From Paramecium tetraurelia (lineage: Eukaryota): a stretch of DNA of 64,000 nt. How positions within the stretch are numbered: the stretch's first letter is position 1; every line of letters begins with the position of its first letter. The position numbers were made by a program, and so were the translations under genes. The stretch spans positions 1-64,000 of the forward strand of contig CT868057.1 of the NCBI GenBank assembly GCA_000165425.1, written 5' to 3'. The notes under the pieces were generated by a model. The model was given only the letters and a program-made list of their open reading frames with translations. It did no database searches and was not told where the DNA came from. Positions 27,326 to 40,520 of the stretch are shown one piece after another.

Positions 27326-28350
27326 ATTTATTATTTTTATATTTACTCTTCATATATTTTATTCCTTATTTCTTAATGCAATTTTTAGTACTCCAACAAC
27401 TCTTGCTGCACCTAATACAACTTCTCAATATTGCTCTATTAAGCCTTAGTGATCAAAGTTTCAGTTAAATTATGTATGTCATAGATTGTCTTCTCTGTGA
27501 GATGGTCATCTTCTTCAACTAATTCGTCTTCCTTGACTTCCACCTTATCGACATCCAAGACTTCTTCCAATTTCTTGAATTTCATTATTTTCTTCATCTT
27601 CCTCTAAGTCAATTTTTTTTAATAGCTTTCTAATTCCTTTGGAAAACTAATCTCATAGGTACTAATAGTTACATTCCCAAGGCTTAAAAGCGTTCATTCT
27701 GATCAATCTTTACAGAGTCGATCTCATCGATCAATTTCAAATGACATAATATTGATTTTCTGATGTCCACATTCTATTATGGAGTAATTAAATACAGTTT
27801 CGATTGGGTTGTTGCTGATATTCAAAATTTCTATCATCTGCGGCACCTAATCAAAGATTATGGAATTGATCTAGTTTTCAGACACATCTAGTAAGGCTAG
27901 TTTCCTGCTATTTTTCAATCCTTTCAAAACTGAGATTTAATTATTCTTCAAACTCAAATACTCCAAATTGATTAAGGTGTCTAGATTCTCTATCTCGCTG
28001 ATTTTATTCTACATATGGATCGATCGCTTACATTTTGGAGGAAGAGGATTTACAGCTTGTCGAACAATTCAAGGTTTTCGATCTTCCCTATAAATGTAAA
28101 GGCATAATGCTTACTTATGTTCAGAAATTCTAAGTGTATAGTCTTGAGAGACATCAATTCATTGGTTCTAAATACTTATGAGGATGGGTCCTTACTTCTG
28201 ATCCTCGGTCATAATGTCAATGAAGTTCTGATCGATGCTGGTTTTGAGAATGAGAGCCAAATCGATTTGGAACTCTTTGTCCTTGAGAGCCAATAATTCA
28301 GTCTCCTTTATGTCCACTTACTCGTTTTCGCTATCGTTTTACTCTTGCAT
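27322..28350 (-). CDS. SDS22-type leucine-rich-repeat protein (LRRC46-like)
   Basis: LKTIHLEFLNIRKIENLELFDKLQILFLQNNKISEIENLDTLINLEYLSLKNNQI; LRR cap; acidic coiled-coil tail; several tiny introns; TGA 27322-27324. Confidence 0.85.
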
Positions 28351-28577
28351 GATTATTTGAATTATTATATAAATTTTAACATTTCATATAATTATTTTCG
28401 AGGAATGATGAATTTGAATTATAATTAAATTTTGTAATTCATAAATGGCTCCACAATTTATAGTTTGTCATTTGGATTCAAACTTCAAATGCATAATATT
28501 TATCAATGATGAGATAATATTAAAAAGTTGTTTTAAAAATTAAACAATTTTAGAGTAATATCATATTATTAATTATT

Positions 28578-30731
28578 ATGTAATATTTAAATTTGTTCAT
28601 ACAACCAATATCAAGCTCAGTAGTGTTCCCATACTCTAGTTTGTAACTCCATAACGTGGATTGCTATAATCAATCATTACATTCTCAATACATCGGATTG
28701 GTTTCGTAAATCGATGACACCCAATCAGATGTTCAAACTATATCATAATACAGTTTATATGGCACACTTGTGCATTTAGCAAAAGAGCAAGACGACTCTT
28801 CCCACTCTTACAAAGCATTTGCGTTTGCCAGATTTCGAATTAATTCGTTTTGCCAACTCTCCCCATTTTTAGTGGCAAACGTCGAAATTTTGAATGACGA
28901 TATCCGAAACCACGATACCGAAATCCTTACCCTGTTCAAAGAGGCAATAAAAGTAAATGACTATTTATATTGTAGATTTATATGGAAAACTTCTCCCTTC
29001 TTCAAAACGCCCTGCTAAAACAGAAAATCGATGAGGAAGATAATATAGTGAAATTATACTATCAGGTCTCAAGCAGAATACAAATTCCATTCAACCAAAA
29101 AATAAGATTATTATAAATGAATGATAACAATGAGAGAATATCGACATTGATACAATATTTGAATCACAAAATGACACAATACACTACGAACTATGAATTG
29201 GAGTAAAAACTTAAGCAGGAACTAATGTCTGAAATGTAAAACAATGGAGATAACTTAATTAATTAAACTCAATAAATTATTCCATAAATCCAAGAATTAG
29301 AACTGGATTATTAAAAGTAATACATTGAGTCATTGCCATGGGGAATCGTGTCTCCAGAAACTCTGAGTATATAGCAGTGCAAAGAGAAGTTGGATAAGAA
29401 ACATTATGGTTTGGACATGGCTAAACAGCGTATCCTATAATATTTGGCCATTAAATTTTTAACTAAATCTACTGGATCCATTATTTGTCTACATGGTCAT
29501 CCTGGAGTGGGAAAGACATCTTTAGCTTAGAGCATAGCTGAGTCTTTGGGGAGACCATTTCAAAAGATATCTCTGGGGGGAGTTTCAGACGAAGCTCAAA
29601 TTAGAGGTCACAGAAAGACATATGTAGGGGCCTAGGCAGGCATGATTATGGAAGCAATCAAGAAGGCAAAGTGTGTTAATCCAGTCATCTTACTTGATGA
29701 GATAGATAAGATCAATCAATACACAGTTGGATCAGCTTTGTTAGAGGTCTTGGATCCAGAATAAAATAAATCATTTACTGACAACTACGTCAATGAAGAA
29801 TTCAATTTAAGTTAAGTTCTGTTCATTTCAACAGCCAACTATATAGGATCTATACAGCCAGCATTGAGAGACAGATTGGAAATGATAGAAATACCATCCT
29901 ATACTATTGATGAGAAGGAAAAGATTGCCATTTAGTATCTAATTCCTAAACAGTTGGAGCTTAATGCCATCGATGGGTAGGTAGATTTCAATAAGGAGGT
30001 CGTCAGATATCTGATCACAAATTACACCAATGAGAGTGGAGTCAGATAGTTGGAGAGACAAATCAATTCTATTTTTAGAAAGATTGCACTCCAATAAGTC
30101 AGAGGGAAGAGGAAGGGAACTTACAATATCAACAAGGGATTCATTAATCAATGTTTGGGTGAATCCACCTTTGGTTATAAGAACATCAAATTGCAGAGTG
30201 TTGGGATGTGCAAAGGGTTGAATGATGGGATGAACATTTTAGAAGTCATAAAAACAAAGGGATAAGGCAATTTATACTAGTAATCCAAGGATCAATATAT
30301 AGTAGAATAAGGAATAACTGCCTTGTCTTATTTAAGGAATTGTTTCAAACACATTTAATTTCAGAATTGGGACATTAATGTTGCTAACTAGAATTGTTTA
30401 GGAGTTTGTGTTGTTGTTGCTATGGTGTCGTTATTCATGAATAAGAAGGTGAAATCAAGTGTTGCATTCGCAGGAGAGTTGAGTCTCAAGGGCTCTATTT
30501 TCAGACAAGACAATCTAAGAGAAAGCATCATTTCTGCAGCAGAGACTGGAGTTGAGAGGTATACATGTGATTTAATTTAAAAGCATCATTATTCCATCCT
30601 AGAATGTGGGAGACATTTAGAATTTAGAACCTTAAATAAAAAAGAGAATTAGATTGGTTGATCACATTGAAGAGGTTTTTCAATTGGCATTTGAGGATGG
30701 ATTTACTTACTACCACTACCCTAATTTATGA
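28578..30731 (+). CDS. Lon-family AAA+ protein, probably peroxisomal type; protease dyad substituted
   Basis: LON N-domain (VVFPYS); [16 protein letters not shown]; Walker [21 protein letters not shown]; Walker [26 protein letters not shown]-terminal PNL*. Confidence 0.93.
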
Positions 30732-30781
30732 TATATATATATATTATAAAATTTCAAATGATTATATTTATATGTCATATA

Positions 30782-32296
30782 TCACATGTAAATTTCCCCT
30801 TGATAGATAGCTGTCTCTAGATTCTGTCTCATTTTACAACATTTTGAGGAAGCATTTTGGATTTTCTCCTTTTTTTCTATGAAGTCTTTTTTTTATTCAT
30901 GGATGGGTTTATCAGATTGTTTGTGGTCCAATTTTTCGATTTCATCAAACAACTTAATCAAAGAGATGGCCAATGTTTCGCAAGCATGTTCAAAGATTTC
31001 TTGGTAGTGATCAAACAATTTGGCAGACTATTAATTCGTTTTAGATATGTAGTAACCTATACAATAGGACCTGTGAGATAAGTTATAATTAATACCATTT
31101 TAGTACGACTCTGGATTGAATTAGTTCTTTCATTACTTCCTCTAAGAATTGACTATCTTAATATGTGAATTAGTAATGCTTGAAGATAGAGATGATATAT
31201 TATTCTTTGATTTATTTTAATCTTTGCATAGCTTTTTCCTTGGCAGCCTAAGAGTTTAAGAATCTTTCATAATAGAAATTATAGCGTTGCAAAACTTCTT
31301 TCTCCTTTTCGATATTGGCAGTAGGAGCCACATATTTGTTGCATTTGAAATGATCTTTATGATCAGGTTCCCAAGGTTGAGAGCAAATATAACAAAAAGC
31401 CTTACCACAACCTCCTGGAGGTTTACACATCATGTAATTGCAGCCTTCAGATCTCTCGACTGGTTTCTTGCAAAAGGGACATGATTTTGTGTTAACGACA
31501 ATCCATCTGACATTGGCCTCATCCTTTTTGATTTCAGCCACCCATTTTTTAACCAAATCACAAGGACATGGAGGATGAAGATCTTCTTTGCAATAAAAAC
31601 AGAATTTATTCTAGCATACACAAGTAACTTCCTTCACTGATGAGCATTGAGGTTTCAAAATCTTATTGCAATCCACTCCAGTACAATATGCGAGATATCT
31701 GGAACAATCTACGAATCTTCTGCATAGTAAATTCTCAAACTCATGGGCATTTGAATATTTTCTAATCATCGAAAATGGCAATCTGTAATTGCATCCGTTC
31801 TATAAGCATCTCACTACCAAGAATTTATCCTAAAGCACTCTCTACTTTATCGTCTGCGAGATGCAAGACTCGCAAAATCTATGAGTGCATCCCAATTCAA
31901 TCAAATTCCCTTCAAAAAAACACACTGAACAACATCCCTTGACTCCATTAAAGGTGATTCCATCATGATTGTTGACAATGCCTTTCATCCTTAATTCAGC
32001 CAATAATGCCTCTTAGTTATTGAAGTAATTCGTTGTGATGTCTTCTTTATTCCAATTGTAGTGCATGAGTAGCTACATTACTAAGAATTATTACTTCATA
32101 TGTGTTGTCCTCATTGAAATACAACTTCTCTTTGAGATCTTGAACATCTTATTCAATCTCTTAAATGACATCCTTTATATCCAGGATCTCTACACTATTA
32201 ATTCTATTCAATAAGTGTTTACCCTTATAACGAATATTATTTTTCTATCTAAATTGAATCGTACTCATCATCATAGTTGTATATTTCATCCCCCAT
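30782..32296 (-). CDS. Ariadne-type RBR (RING-IBR-RING) E3 ubiquitin ligase
   Basis: RING1 CSVC..LGCTHRFCESC; IBR YCTGVDC..FCFYCKEDLHPPCPC; RING2 TKSCPFCKKPVERSEGCNYMMC; Ariadne domain; catalytic Cys kept, usual His is Tyr (GCNY). Confidence 0.95.
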
Positions 32297-33096
32297 GTTT
32301 TTTGTATTTGTTATTATTAATAAATTTCTATAAATGAACATACGGATTATATAAAGTGATTCAAGAATTATAAACACAATTCTATCAACAAAATATCAGC
32401 CAAAACTTGCTGAGATAGTCAGAATTTCTCAAATTTGACATTTTGAATAAACGCTGCACAAATTAATATCCTAATCAGACCCATAAGAAACAGTATTCGT
32501 TAGTTAGTTACATCAAGCTAAAACTCATAACCTGAAATTTAATTACAAATGAAATAACAACTTTATAATGGTTAAGGATATAGAAGAACACAGAACAAGC
32601 TTAATATTCTAACATGGAAAGTATTGAAAAGATGATTACTGATAAGCGAGAGTTATTAATTAAAGAATTCAGAATAGGATTTCAATTAAACGACCTAAGA
32701 AAAAAAGTAATTTTCTTCAGTTTATATCTTACTCCCGCTTCGCTAAAGTAGTTTACTAATGTGCAAATTCTACGAAGAAATGTGACAAAGGTTGAAAGAT
32801 AAATTTCAATAATATGATCGATAAACAAAACTGGATAAACTAACTACACTCATAATCATTATACTCACTTGAATTAAATGGAATAAGTTAATTAAAATAT
32901 ATGGACTTTCACTAAAAATAATCTCATTATCAAATTCCAGAAGAATTTATTGAACATTCAGTTTTATAAGTCTACATACATCAAAAGTTGATTAGTTACT
33001 TATAAAATAAAAAAAACCAAATAAAAATGAATAGAGAATTAAAAGAATTGAATTTTATGATAATCCATATTCTAAATATAAGAATTCATCACTCTA

Positions 33097-33566
33097 TCAG
33101 TTCAATACAGTCTTTTTGATTTCAGCTTCCTCAACTTCAGATGGTTCATTTGCTTAAATTTCTTTTGAAAGTCCATTCAATTTCTTCTTCAATGCTTCCT
33201 TTCCTGCAGCGTAAGCCATCTTCTATTTTACTGGTTGGTTGGTGTCTGGTGACCAGAATATGAAGACCAATTTATCAACTTGTCTTGGTGGAACGTCGTC
33301 TGTTTAAGCATGATAATCGTAAACAGCATATCGGGACTTTTATGTTAAAGATTAGAGTTACTTCATTTTGAAGATGACTAACAAATTCAGCGTAAGTACT
33401 ATCTCTTGCTCCCTTTTGATCAACGACAATCTTAAGAATATACAATGAAGATTACTTCGTTCTTATCTTTGTCCAACTTAAATATAACAAATCTATATTG
33501 TTTGCCTAACTTCAGATTGTTGAATTCTGTAACACAATCATCACTAACATTGGTACCTACGTTCAT
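33097..33566 (-). CDS. ADF: Cofilin / actin-depolymerizing factor
   Basis: MNVGTNVSDDCVTEFNNLKLGKQYRFVIFKL...RYAVYDY...KLVFIFWSPD..PVKQKMAYAAGKEAL; two 25-nt introns. Confidence 0.97.
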
Positions 33567-33616
33567 AATAATATCTTAATATAATATTTAAATTTTTGTT
33601 AATTAAATCACATTAT

Positions 33617-35402
33617 TCATTTCTTTAAAGGCACTTTCTTAACATTAGGTGATTTAGATCTCATCTGGGTTTAGGGTCTTTGACTCTTCAATAATTAAGG
33701 TTTCTTATTAACTACTTATTTATTCGCATTGTTATTGCTAGTACCCAAGGTAGTACTAGTTGTATTTTACACAGTTCTTGCTTTTTTGTTAGAAATGTCC
33801 TTCAATTTGGATGAGGGTCGTTAACTACTTCTAGTGGGTGAAACAAAATCCATCTATTCTTTTTACCTAGATGAATCGAGGAAGTCCGACCCAGGGTTGA
33901 ATGGAACATGAACTTGCTCATGCAGAAAGGCATACTCTGTTGGCTAAATAGATTGATGTTTAGAAACTGAAGATTGTTAAGATTTCTATGAATATCTATG
34001 ATTCGGAGATTGTGAAATGGTCAAATATTAAAGAGAATTGGCCTATTACGGCACTTGTGTCGAATAAAAGGCCTATTATTAACTGCTTTGACTTGATTGG
34101 AAGGACTATAAGTTGGAAGGAATCTGTGGTTTTTATTGTGTCTGTATTTATTGGGATGGTGTTTGATTCATAGATCTATTATTCGAATGCATCTTGACGG
34201 TAGGTTATGAATTTTTTTATGATAAAAAAGGATGAACTTTCTTCATTGACTGAGGTTCCTCGTTTTCTTAATTAGACCTTAACTATTATTTTTGCAATTA
34301 GTTCTCCTATTGAAAGAACATAGGGTGTTATTGCATAGATGTTAATGTTGGGTTAGAATCTTTGAAATTACATGATTGCAATGTAAATTGTTAAGATTGT
34401 TGACATAATAAAGGATGCTATTAATTTGATTGCATAATAAATGACTGCGCCTATGATTGTTGTTCTCTTACTAATACTCGTGATTGGATCTCAATTGCAT
34501 GTTCATTCAAAATATCATTTTGGTTGTTAGGTATTATGACTTTATTATTGCTGTTCATCGATTATTGCATCAATTCTACTATGCTCTCCTCGTATATCTA
34601 CAAGTAATTTGGTCTATCTTCTGGTTTAAAAGATAACATTCGACTGACTAATTTATTGTTGGCTCTACTTAGCATTTCATTCAGAACTTCTAATTATATT
34701 TAAACTACTAAGTACCTTATTTTATGTTGTATTCTTGGAAATCATAAATTTTTTGTATCTATTCTTATAAAATGAGTTCTAAACAGACCAATCCAATTGT
34801 AAAGACCTCACTTTTCTCCTTATTATATTCTGGCTTGAAGACTTTTCTGCCTAATTGAAAAAACAACTCTGGTGAAAGGTAACAGTATTCTTCAAAACCA
34901 CTCAAAAATCTATTATATTAATCCACATTTGGTAAAAGTAATTTCACTTGATTTGTATACATAAAAGACTGCGGTCTCAAATCTCCGTGATATCTATCAC
35001 GATTCTGCAATTCAATCAAGGTGTGAATGATTTATTGTAAAAACTAAAACCAAGGCAAATTAGCTGGTAGTTAATTTCCAAATTCAAAGATAGCATCGAT
35101 TTTAAATAAATTACTACACAACGTTGACTCTTCCTCTTTCTGAATGTCTAATAGGCGAATCAAACCTGGCATCTAACTAATTTACTAATATTGTTCCAAT
35201 CTCTTCAATTCTTTTTGATAATGCATCTCGCTTTAATAAACTTTATGCACTACAGCTACTTCTTCCATTTGATTTGTGTAGACCTCAATTTCACATCCGA
35301 AACTAAAAGATATTATACCAATAATTACACTCTGCTTTCTCTAGAATCAACCTTTTACCAATTTTTCAAAAAGTGTTATTTGGACTGTTAAACTTAACCC
35401 AT
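33617..35402 (-). CDS. Divergent kinase-like protein (probable pseudokinase) with a long Gln/Pro-rich tail
   Basis: YHGDLRPQSF, YCYLSPEL, KSEVFTIGLVCLE, MLSFKPEDRPNY; no recognisable GxGxxG or DFG; MG start. Confidence 0.8.
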
Positions 35403-36128
35403 AAATTTAATTAACGATATTTAGTATAAAATTTACTAATAAATATCATCATTAAAATAATATAGTTTTTATACTCTCCTACAGTTCATCAACATTAACA
35501 AACTGAAATCATACTCTCATAAGTGAACGATAGACGTATATATCTATTATCTTTTTCAATTAAGTATCTCTCGAAAATAATTCATTTTTCTTAGTGACAC
35601 ATCATAAGAGATTAGATTAATTAGTTTATGATTTAATTTGTTCTCTAAGTAATATTAAATAAATATCGAACAAAGTACATTTTATTATTATATTATTTTC
35701 ATCCCATTAATAGCTCAGACATAAATTAAATATATCAATTATACATTTATAAGATATTATTCAGTATCTACATGACAATTAAATATAATAATCTTTAAAT
35801 TTATATAGACTCATTTCGTTATCATGGAATCAGATTAAATTATCATTCTACATTCAAGCATACTATTACTAAAAAGAATTTCATTATTTCCCAATTGTAT
35901 AAAACAAGAGTCTCTTTAAGCTCTTTCTAGTTTTGTTCTCTATTTGAATGTTCCTTATGTAATAGAATCAGTCTCAGAGACCAAATTCCAAAAATAGTGA
36001 AATTTAATAATATAATTCTCTGAAAGAGACTAGAAATCATATATGATGAGGGATTGAAAGATGGAAGAATGTTAGAACTTAATGGTCTAATGTAATTGTG
36101 TGATTTGTTATACACTTTTATTATAACC

Positions 36129-36512
36129 TCAAAGTTTGGCATCTTTTGGTAAAAGATCTGGGGTGAATTTGGTGGCAGCAGCCATATTTCCCTTGATCTT
36201 CATCTTTCCTTACATGAAGGCTTATTGAGGATTCAACTTTCCTTGAGCCATAGCCATCATGTCATCATCAACCATGGTGAATGTGGCATCAGCTGTTCCG
36301 ACACGTCCCTTGGCAATTGACTAAAGATATAAATGGATAATGCATACTCCTGAGCCATTCTTGAGATCAACAGTCCAAACTTCAGGGGTTTCTCCTTTGG
36401 CCTTTGAAACTTCAAAGAAATAGATGGCATTGATTTTCTTAACCAAATCAGCACCTTGGGATTTGATGAATGGATCCATCTTTTCAAACAAAGCTGCAGA
36501 TTTCAAAGCCAT
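36129..36512 (-). CDS. SCP2: Sterol carrier protein 2 domain protein with PTS1 (AKL)
   Basis: [10 protein letters not shown]^[39 protein letters not shown]; one intron. Confidence 0.96.
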
Positions 36513-36577
36513 TAAAATTATTTAATAATTTATTTAATATATTTTATTTCTAATTTTCTTAACATTATATAAACATA

Positions 36578-37460
36578 TCACATATCATCTTCGTCATCAT
36601 CTTGACACATATTCATTAATTAATTCATGAGGTTGGCAGCTTTTTCCCTTCTCTCCTCATCTGTCATTTTGGAAGTCCTAAACAATAGATATGATTAATA
36701 CACCTAATCTTGGTCATATCATGCATCAGTTGTGCAAATTGATCATCCTCATTTTCTAGTTGATCGAGGCCTTGAGATTGTTTTTCACTCACTTTCGTTT
36801 TGCTAATGTTCTCCTTCTTCTCCTACACCTTGGGTCTCATGTATGTCCAAGTGTTACATTCAATAATTTCTATGATCCTGGGAAATCCAAGAGTTTCTTC
36901 GGCTTACTCAGATAACTGTTTGATTTATTGTTTGATGGGTGGATTGTTTAGGTCTAAATAAATTTATTCAACAAAGCTTTCTAATTTTTTCTCCTCATTT
37001 TCCAAAAGCTCCAAATTGATTTTGGTTCCTTCTTTTCTATCATAGATAATGGCCTATAGACCAGGTTAGATTTGGTTTAGAATTTGATCGCACAAATTAA
37101 TGAATTAATCTAGTCCACTCATGTTGTTGGCATCAACAATAAATAATACGCCGTCTACTTTGATTGTTTATAATTATTCCAAAGCATTTTCTTAATTAAA
37201 ATAATTGTAATTTATTGTATGCAATCCTACATCACATGTATAATACTTAGTGTTAATTAAACTATTAAATCGATGCCAATTATTACAGTTAAGTCCCAAT
37301 CTTTTGATGATCTTCATCAATCTTATCAAAAATTAATTCATCACTATTGAAATGTTTGATTAAATCTAACATATTAAAATAGGAATGTACACTAAATTAG
37401 TTTCATTGAATAGGAGTGCTCTGGAGCAATTATGATTAAATTGGAATTGGTTTAATCCAT
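36578..37460 (-). CDS. AAGAB: Alpha/gamma-adaptin-binding protein p34-like
   Basis: INTKYYTCDV; EETLGFPRIIEIIECNTW; MTDEERREKAANL plus acidic end. Confidence 0.85.
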
Positions 37461-37549
37461 TCTTAATAATGTAATTATAAATATATATAAATAATTAAAA
37501 AATATCTGCATGATTGGTATGTTTATTAAAACATATATATAACATAGAT

Positions 37550-38866
37550 TCAAACAAGCATTTTAACAACTTATTATGGTTACAATTCGATCATTTCCCA
37601 AATGTGACCAAACTCGTCAGAAGAAGGATTTGAATGTGGAGTCAAAGCAAATTAGTAATCCATTGACATGATTCTCTCATCATCTCCATCAATGATTTTC
37701 GATCTGTCACTCTATTTTGATATTTCCAAAACATCATACCTTGCTAACATAACAAAAGATTTCTTAAGTCTTTATTGTAAAAATAAAAACAGGTAATTTC
37801 ACAGAATCGGGTATGCTAGCTCTTGTGAATCTAATTTCATCGACATTCCACAATTGCTTATGTTTAGGTTCAGATTTCTAATTTATGATAACAATATGTA
37901 CTTCAGCTTCTTGCTTCTTCAATAATACTTTGAAGTATCCCAGGGCGGCTTCACCACACACCTTTTAAAGGGATTCCAAATCTCCTAACAGATAAAGGTT
38001 GTAGATTTATTCGAAGATCACTTTTGCTTCCTTTTCTAGTTCATATAAGTCAAAGTCTGGGTCGATCATTCTCATTTGTTTGATGGCTCTGGCAACATCG
38101 CTTTCATTTGTGACAGTTTTCTAATTGTTTAACATATTGAATTACTGCTGCATACAAAGACACTTAAACAAAATTGCTGGGGTGATTTTAGATTTTATCA
38201 GATAAGTCAGCCTTGAATTATTTCATTTCTGCTTTGAATGTCACATACTCCTTATAGGCTTCACTATTGACTATATGTTGACCTTATTCACTCTGCTTGA
38301 GTCTACTTTAAATCTTCTAAGCAATTTTGGATTTGAGAGATGCTTCTTCACTTGTTGCTTGATCAGTAGCTTGGATGGCATTTCTCTTCCATTCTGGAAT
38401 TTTCTCTTAAATCTAAATAAATTTTAATTCATACTGCTGCCAATTCTTCTTCAGTCATCTAAGCAAATTTCTCCTCTTCTTTCTTTCTCTCTGCTAACTT
38501 TGCTTTGACTGTTTCCATCCTAGCCTTTACTTCGTCATCATGACTTGGAAATGTTTTTCTCCATGCTAATTTGGCCATGTTTAAACATGTTTTTCCAATA
38601 CTTGTCTCCTAATTTTGATTCGCATCTGTTTTAAATTTAACGGCTGATCCTTTCACCTTCTCTGTTAATTTCGTAGCTGATCCAATGGCTGAATCTTTGA
38701 CGGTGTGTAAAATATCTATAACTAATGAGGGTTATTTCTCAATTTCTTCTGTTTTTTTGTTCTCACTACAAAACTAGTACAGAACTCTTCTTTAGTTGTA
38801 AACATTCATTCTTGAAAGTCTATGAGCCTATCTAAATGGTATAAACAAGTTGACAAGGGATATCAT
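37550..38866 (-). CDS. TIM44: Mitochondrial import translocase Tim44
   Basis: Presequence-like N-terminus; AIKQMRMIDPDFDL; LYLLGDLESLQKVCGEAA; C-terminal HIWEMIEL. Confidence 0.9.
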
Positions 38867-39289
38867 TAAATATAAAAAATTTAATTTAGGTTAATAAATC
38901 ACTTAATTTTGCATATCTATAAAATTTTATAATCAAATTAAATATTTTACACTAATAGTTTTCTCTGTAAAAGTTGAAACTCTATGATGAATTTCATTTT
39001 CCAACATTCAGTTTTAATTGTTACATTAAATAAATCTTAAATTTCTAACTTTCATCTCAAAAAAAAAAACTTCATATTATACTCAAATTACCTTAAAATA
39101 CCTGAAATATTATTTTTAGATTATTTATCATTTTAAGCCAGCAAAACTCTATTAAATTGCTAATTTAGTATTGAATGCTATGTTTATAAGCAGAAATGGA
39201 AATAAAGGAAGAATTTTATTTTATTTTTGAACACTACCCTTTTTTTCAATAAAGTATATAATCTAAAAGAAAACAAAAACTAGTAACAA

Positions 39290-40354
39290 TCAAAAAATTT
39301 CATTGATCTTATTTTTCTTTATTATCACAACCTGAAAGCTATTGTCGATAATATCGAGAAGGTGATCTGATTACGAAATATGGTATTTTTTGCTAACCGT
39401 ATTCCACAAATCAGACTGTTGTTATAGGAAGGATTCATCCTTTAATTCTTGAATTATTTATTCGATTAATTTATTTTCATCTTCCAGGTTTATTTTTTAT
39501 AAGTTTTATTTCTTATTTTGCGTTTTGTGCTTATCAAACTTTGACGATTCTCTTTTTATTATTGTATGAAACCTATTCTTCAAACAATTCTCTGTTCTTT
39601 GATTATCAAAGTCTCTTCTTGATATTAATGACCACTTCTTTCCATTATTCAGAACAGCAACTAACAACTTGATTTCTTCTTCTTTGTACCATGGACCTCT
39701 AATAAACGTTTAAACAATAGTTATACCTTTCTACTTGAGGGTTCAGCTTATTTATCCATCGCTCTCTGCATTGTTTGCCCAATCTCACGTGAGAGGATTT
39801 ACAAATCTTACTCATCTCCATTGCTATCAAACTCCATTTATTATATTTATTCTACTCAGCATATTTTTCATAAAGCTAGCTCAATATAGCATCCTCTTCT
39901 CGAGACCAAGGATGATCTACAATAGAAGTCGCTTGATTCTCCATCCATTTACTTCTGCAAACTTTCCAATGTCTATTGAACAATATCGATCCTATCTAAT
40001 CCCAATCAAATACGTCCTAAATTTTAGAATCACTGTTACCATTAAAAGCGGTTGAAGTTTGTGGATATCACCATACAATCTAACGACAACATTAAGTAAG
40101 TCAATTTCAGATTAATCCATTTTTTTCATTTTTCCAACATTGTTCAAATTGAATTCATTATGTTCCTTCTCAATTTCCTTATAGGAATTCAAAAGATCAA
40201 CCCACTAGGGTATTTCAACTTGACGGTTTTAAAATATGATATTTTCTTATTTCTTTTGTAGACTTTGATCAAAAAGTTTCTTTAACTTCTCTAGCCTTGT
40301 TACAAATTTACAATTCGCTTAAATTGAATCTGTTGTAGAGGCTAAACCTTCCAT
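39290..40354 (-). CDS. Myb-repeat transcription factor
   Basis: PWSREEDAIL..KWSLIA..RLGKQCRERWINKLNP..GPWYKEEEIKLL..GKKWSLIS..RTENCLKNRF, plus an upstream degenerate repeat; 3' end uncertain. Confidence 0.88.
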
Positions 40355-40520
40355 ATTTATATTGTTAATTGTTTCATATCAATGGGTTTAAATATCATTC
40401 TAATAAAACGTATTGTAAGATAAATTGTCTAAAATGTTATTTCTTGCAAGCAATTAATTTATTATAATTAATATATTGGTTAATTACTAAAGCTCATTAT
40501 TAAAATCAAAACAAAATAAT

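Noticed and set aside
18567..31621. Numerous 60-110 aa antisense or off-frame ORFs in the supplied track
   Set aside because: They overlap confidently identified genes and arise from using the standard code.
32334..32820. Small plus-strand gene between Ariadne and cofilin
   Set aside because: Coding-like, but no consistent ATG-intron-TGA model; possibly a remnant.
35825..36110. Short plus-strand ORF or remnant
   Set aside because: TGA interruptions and no recognisable motif.
28578..36512. Peroxisomal gene cluster (Lon PNL, SCP2 AKL)
   Set aside because: Only two genes, separated by unrelated ones; consistent with chance.
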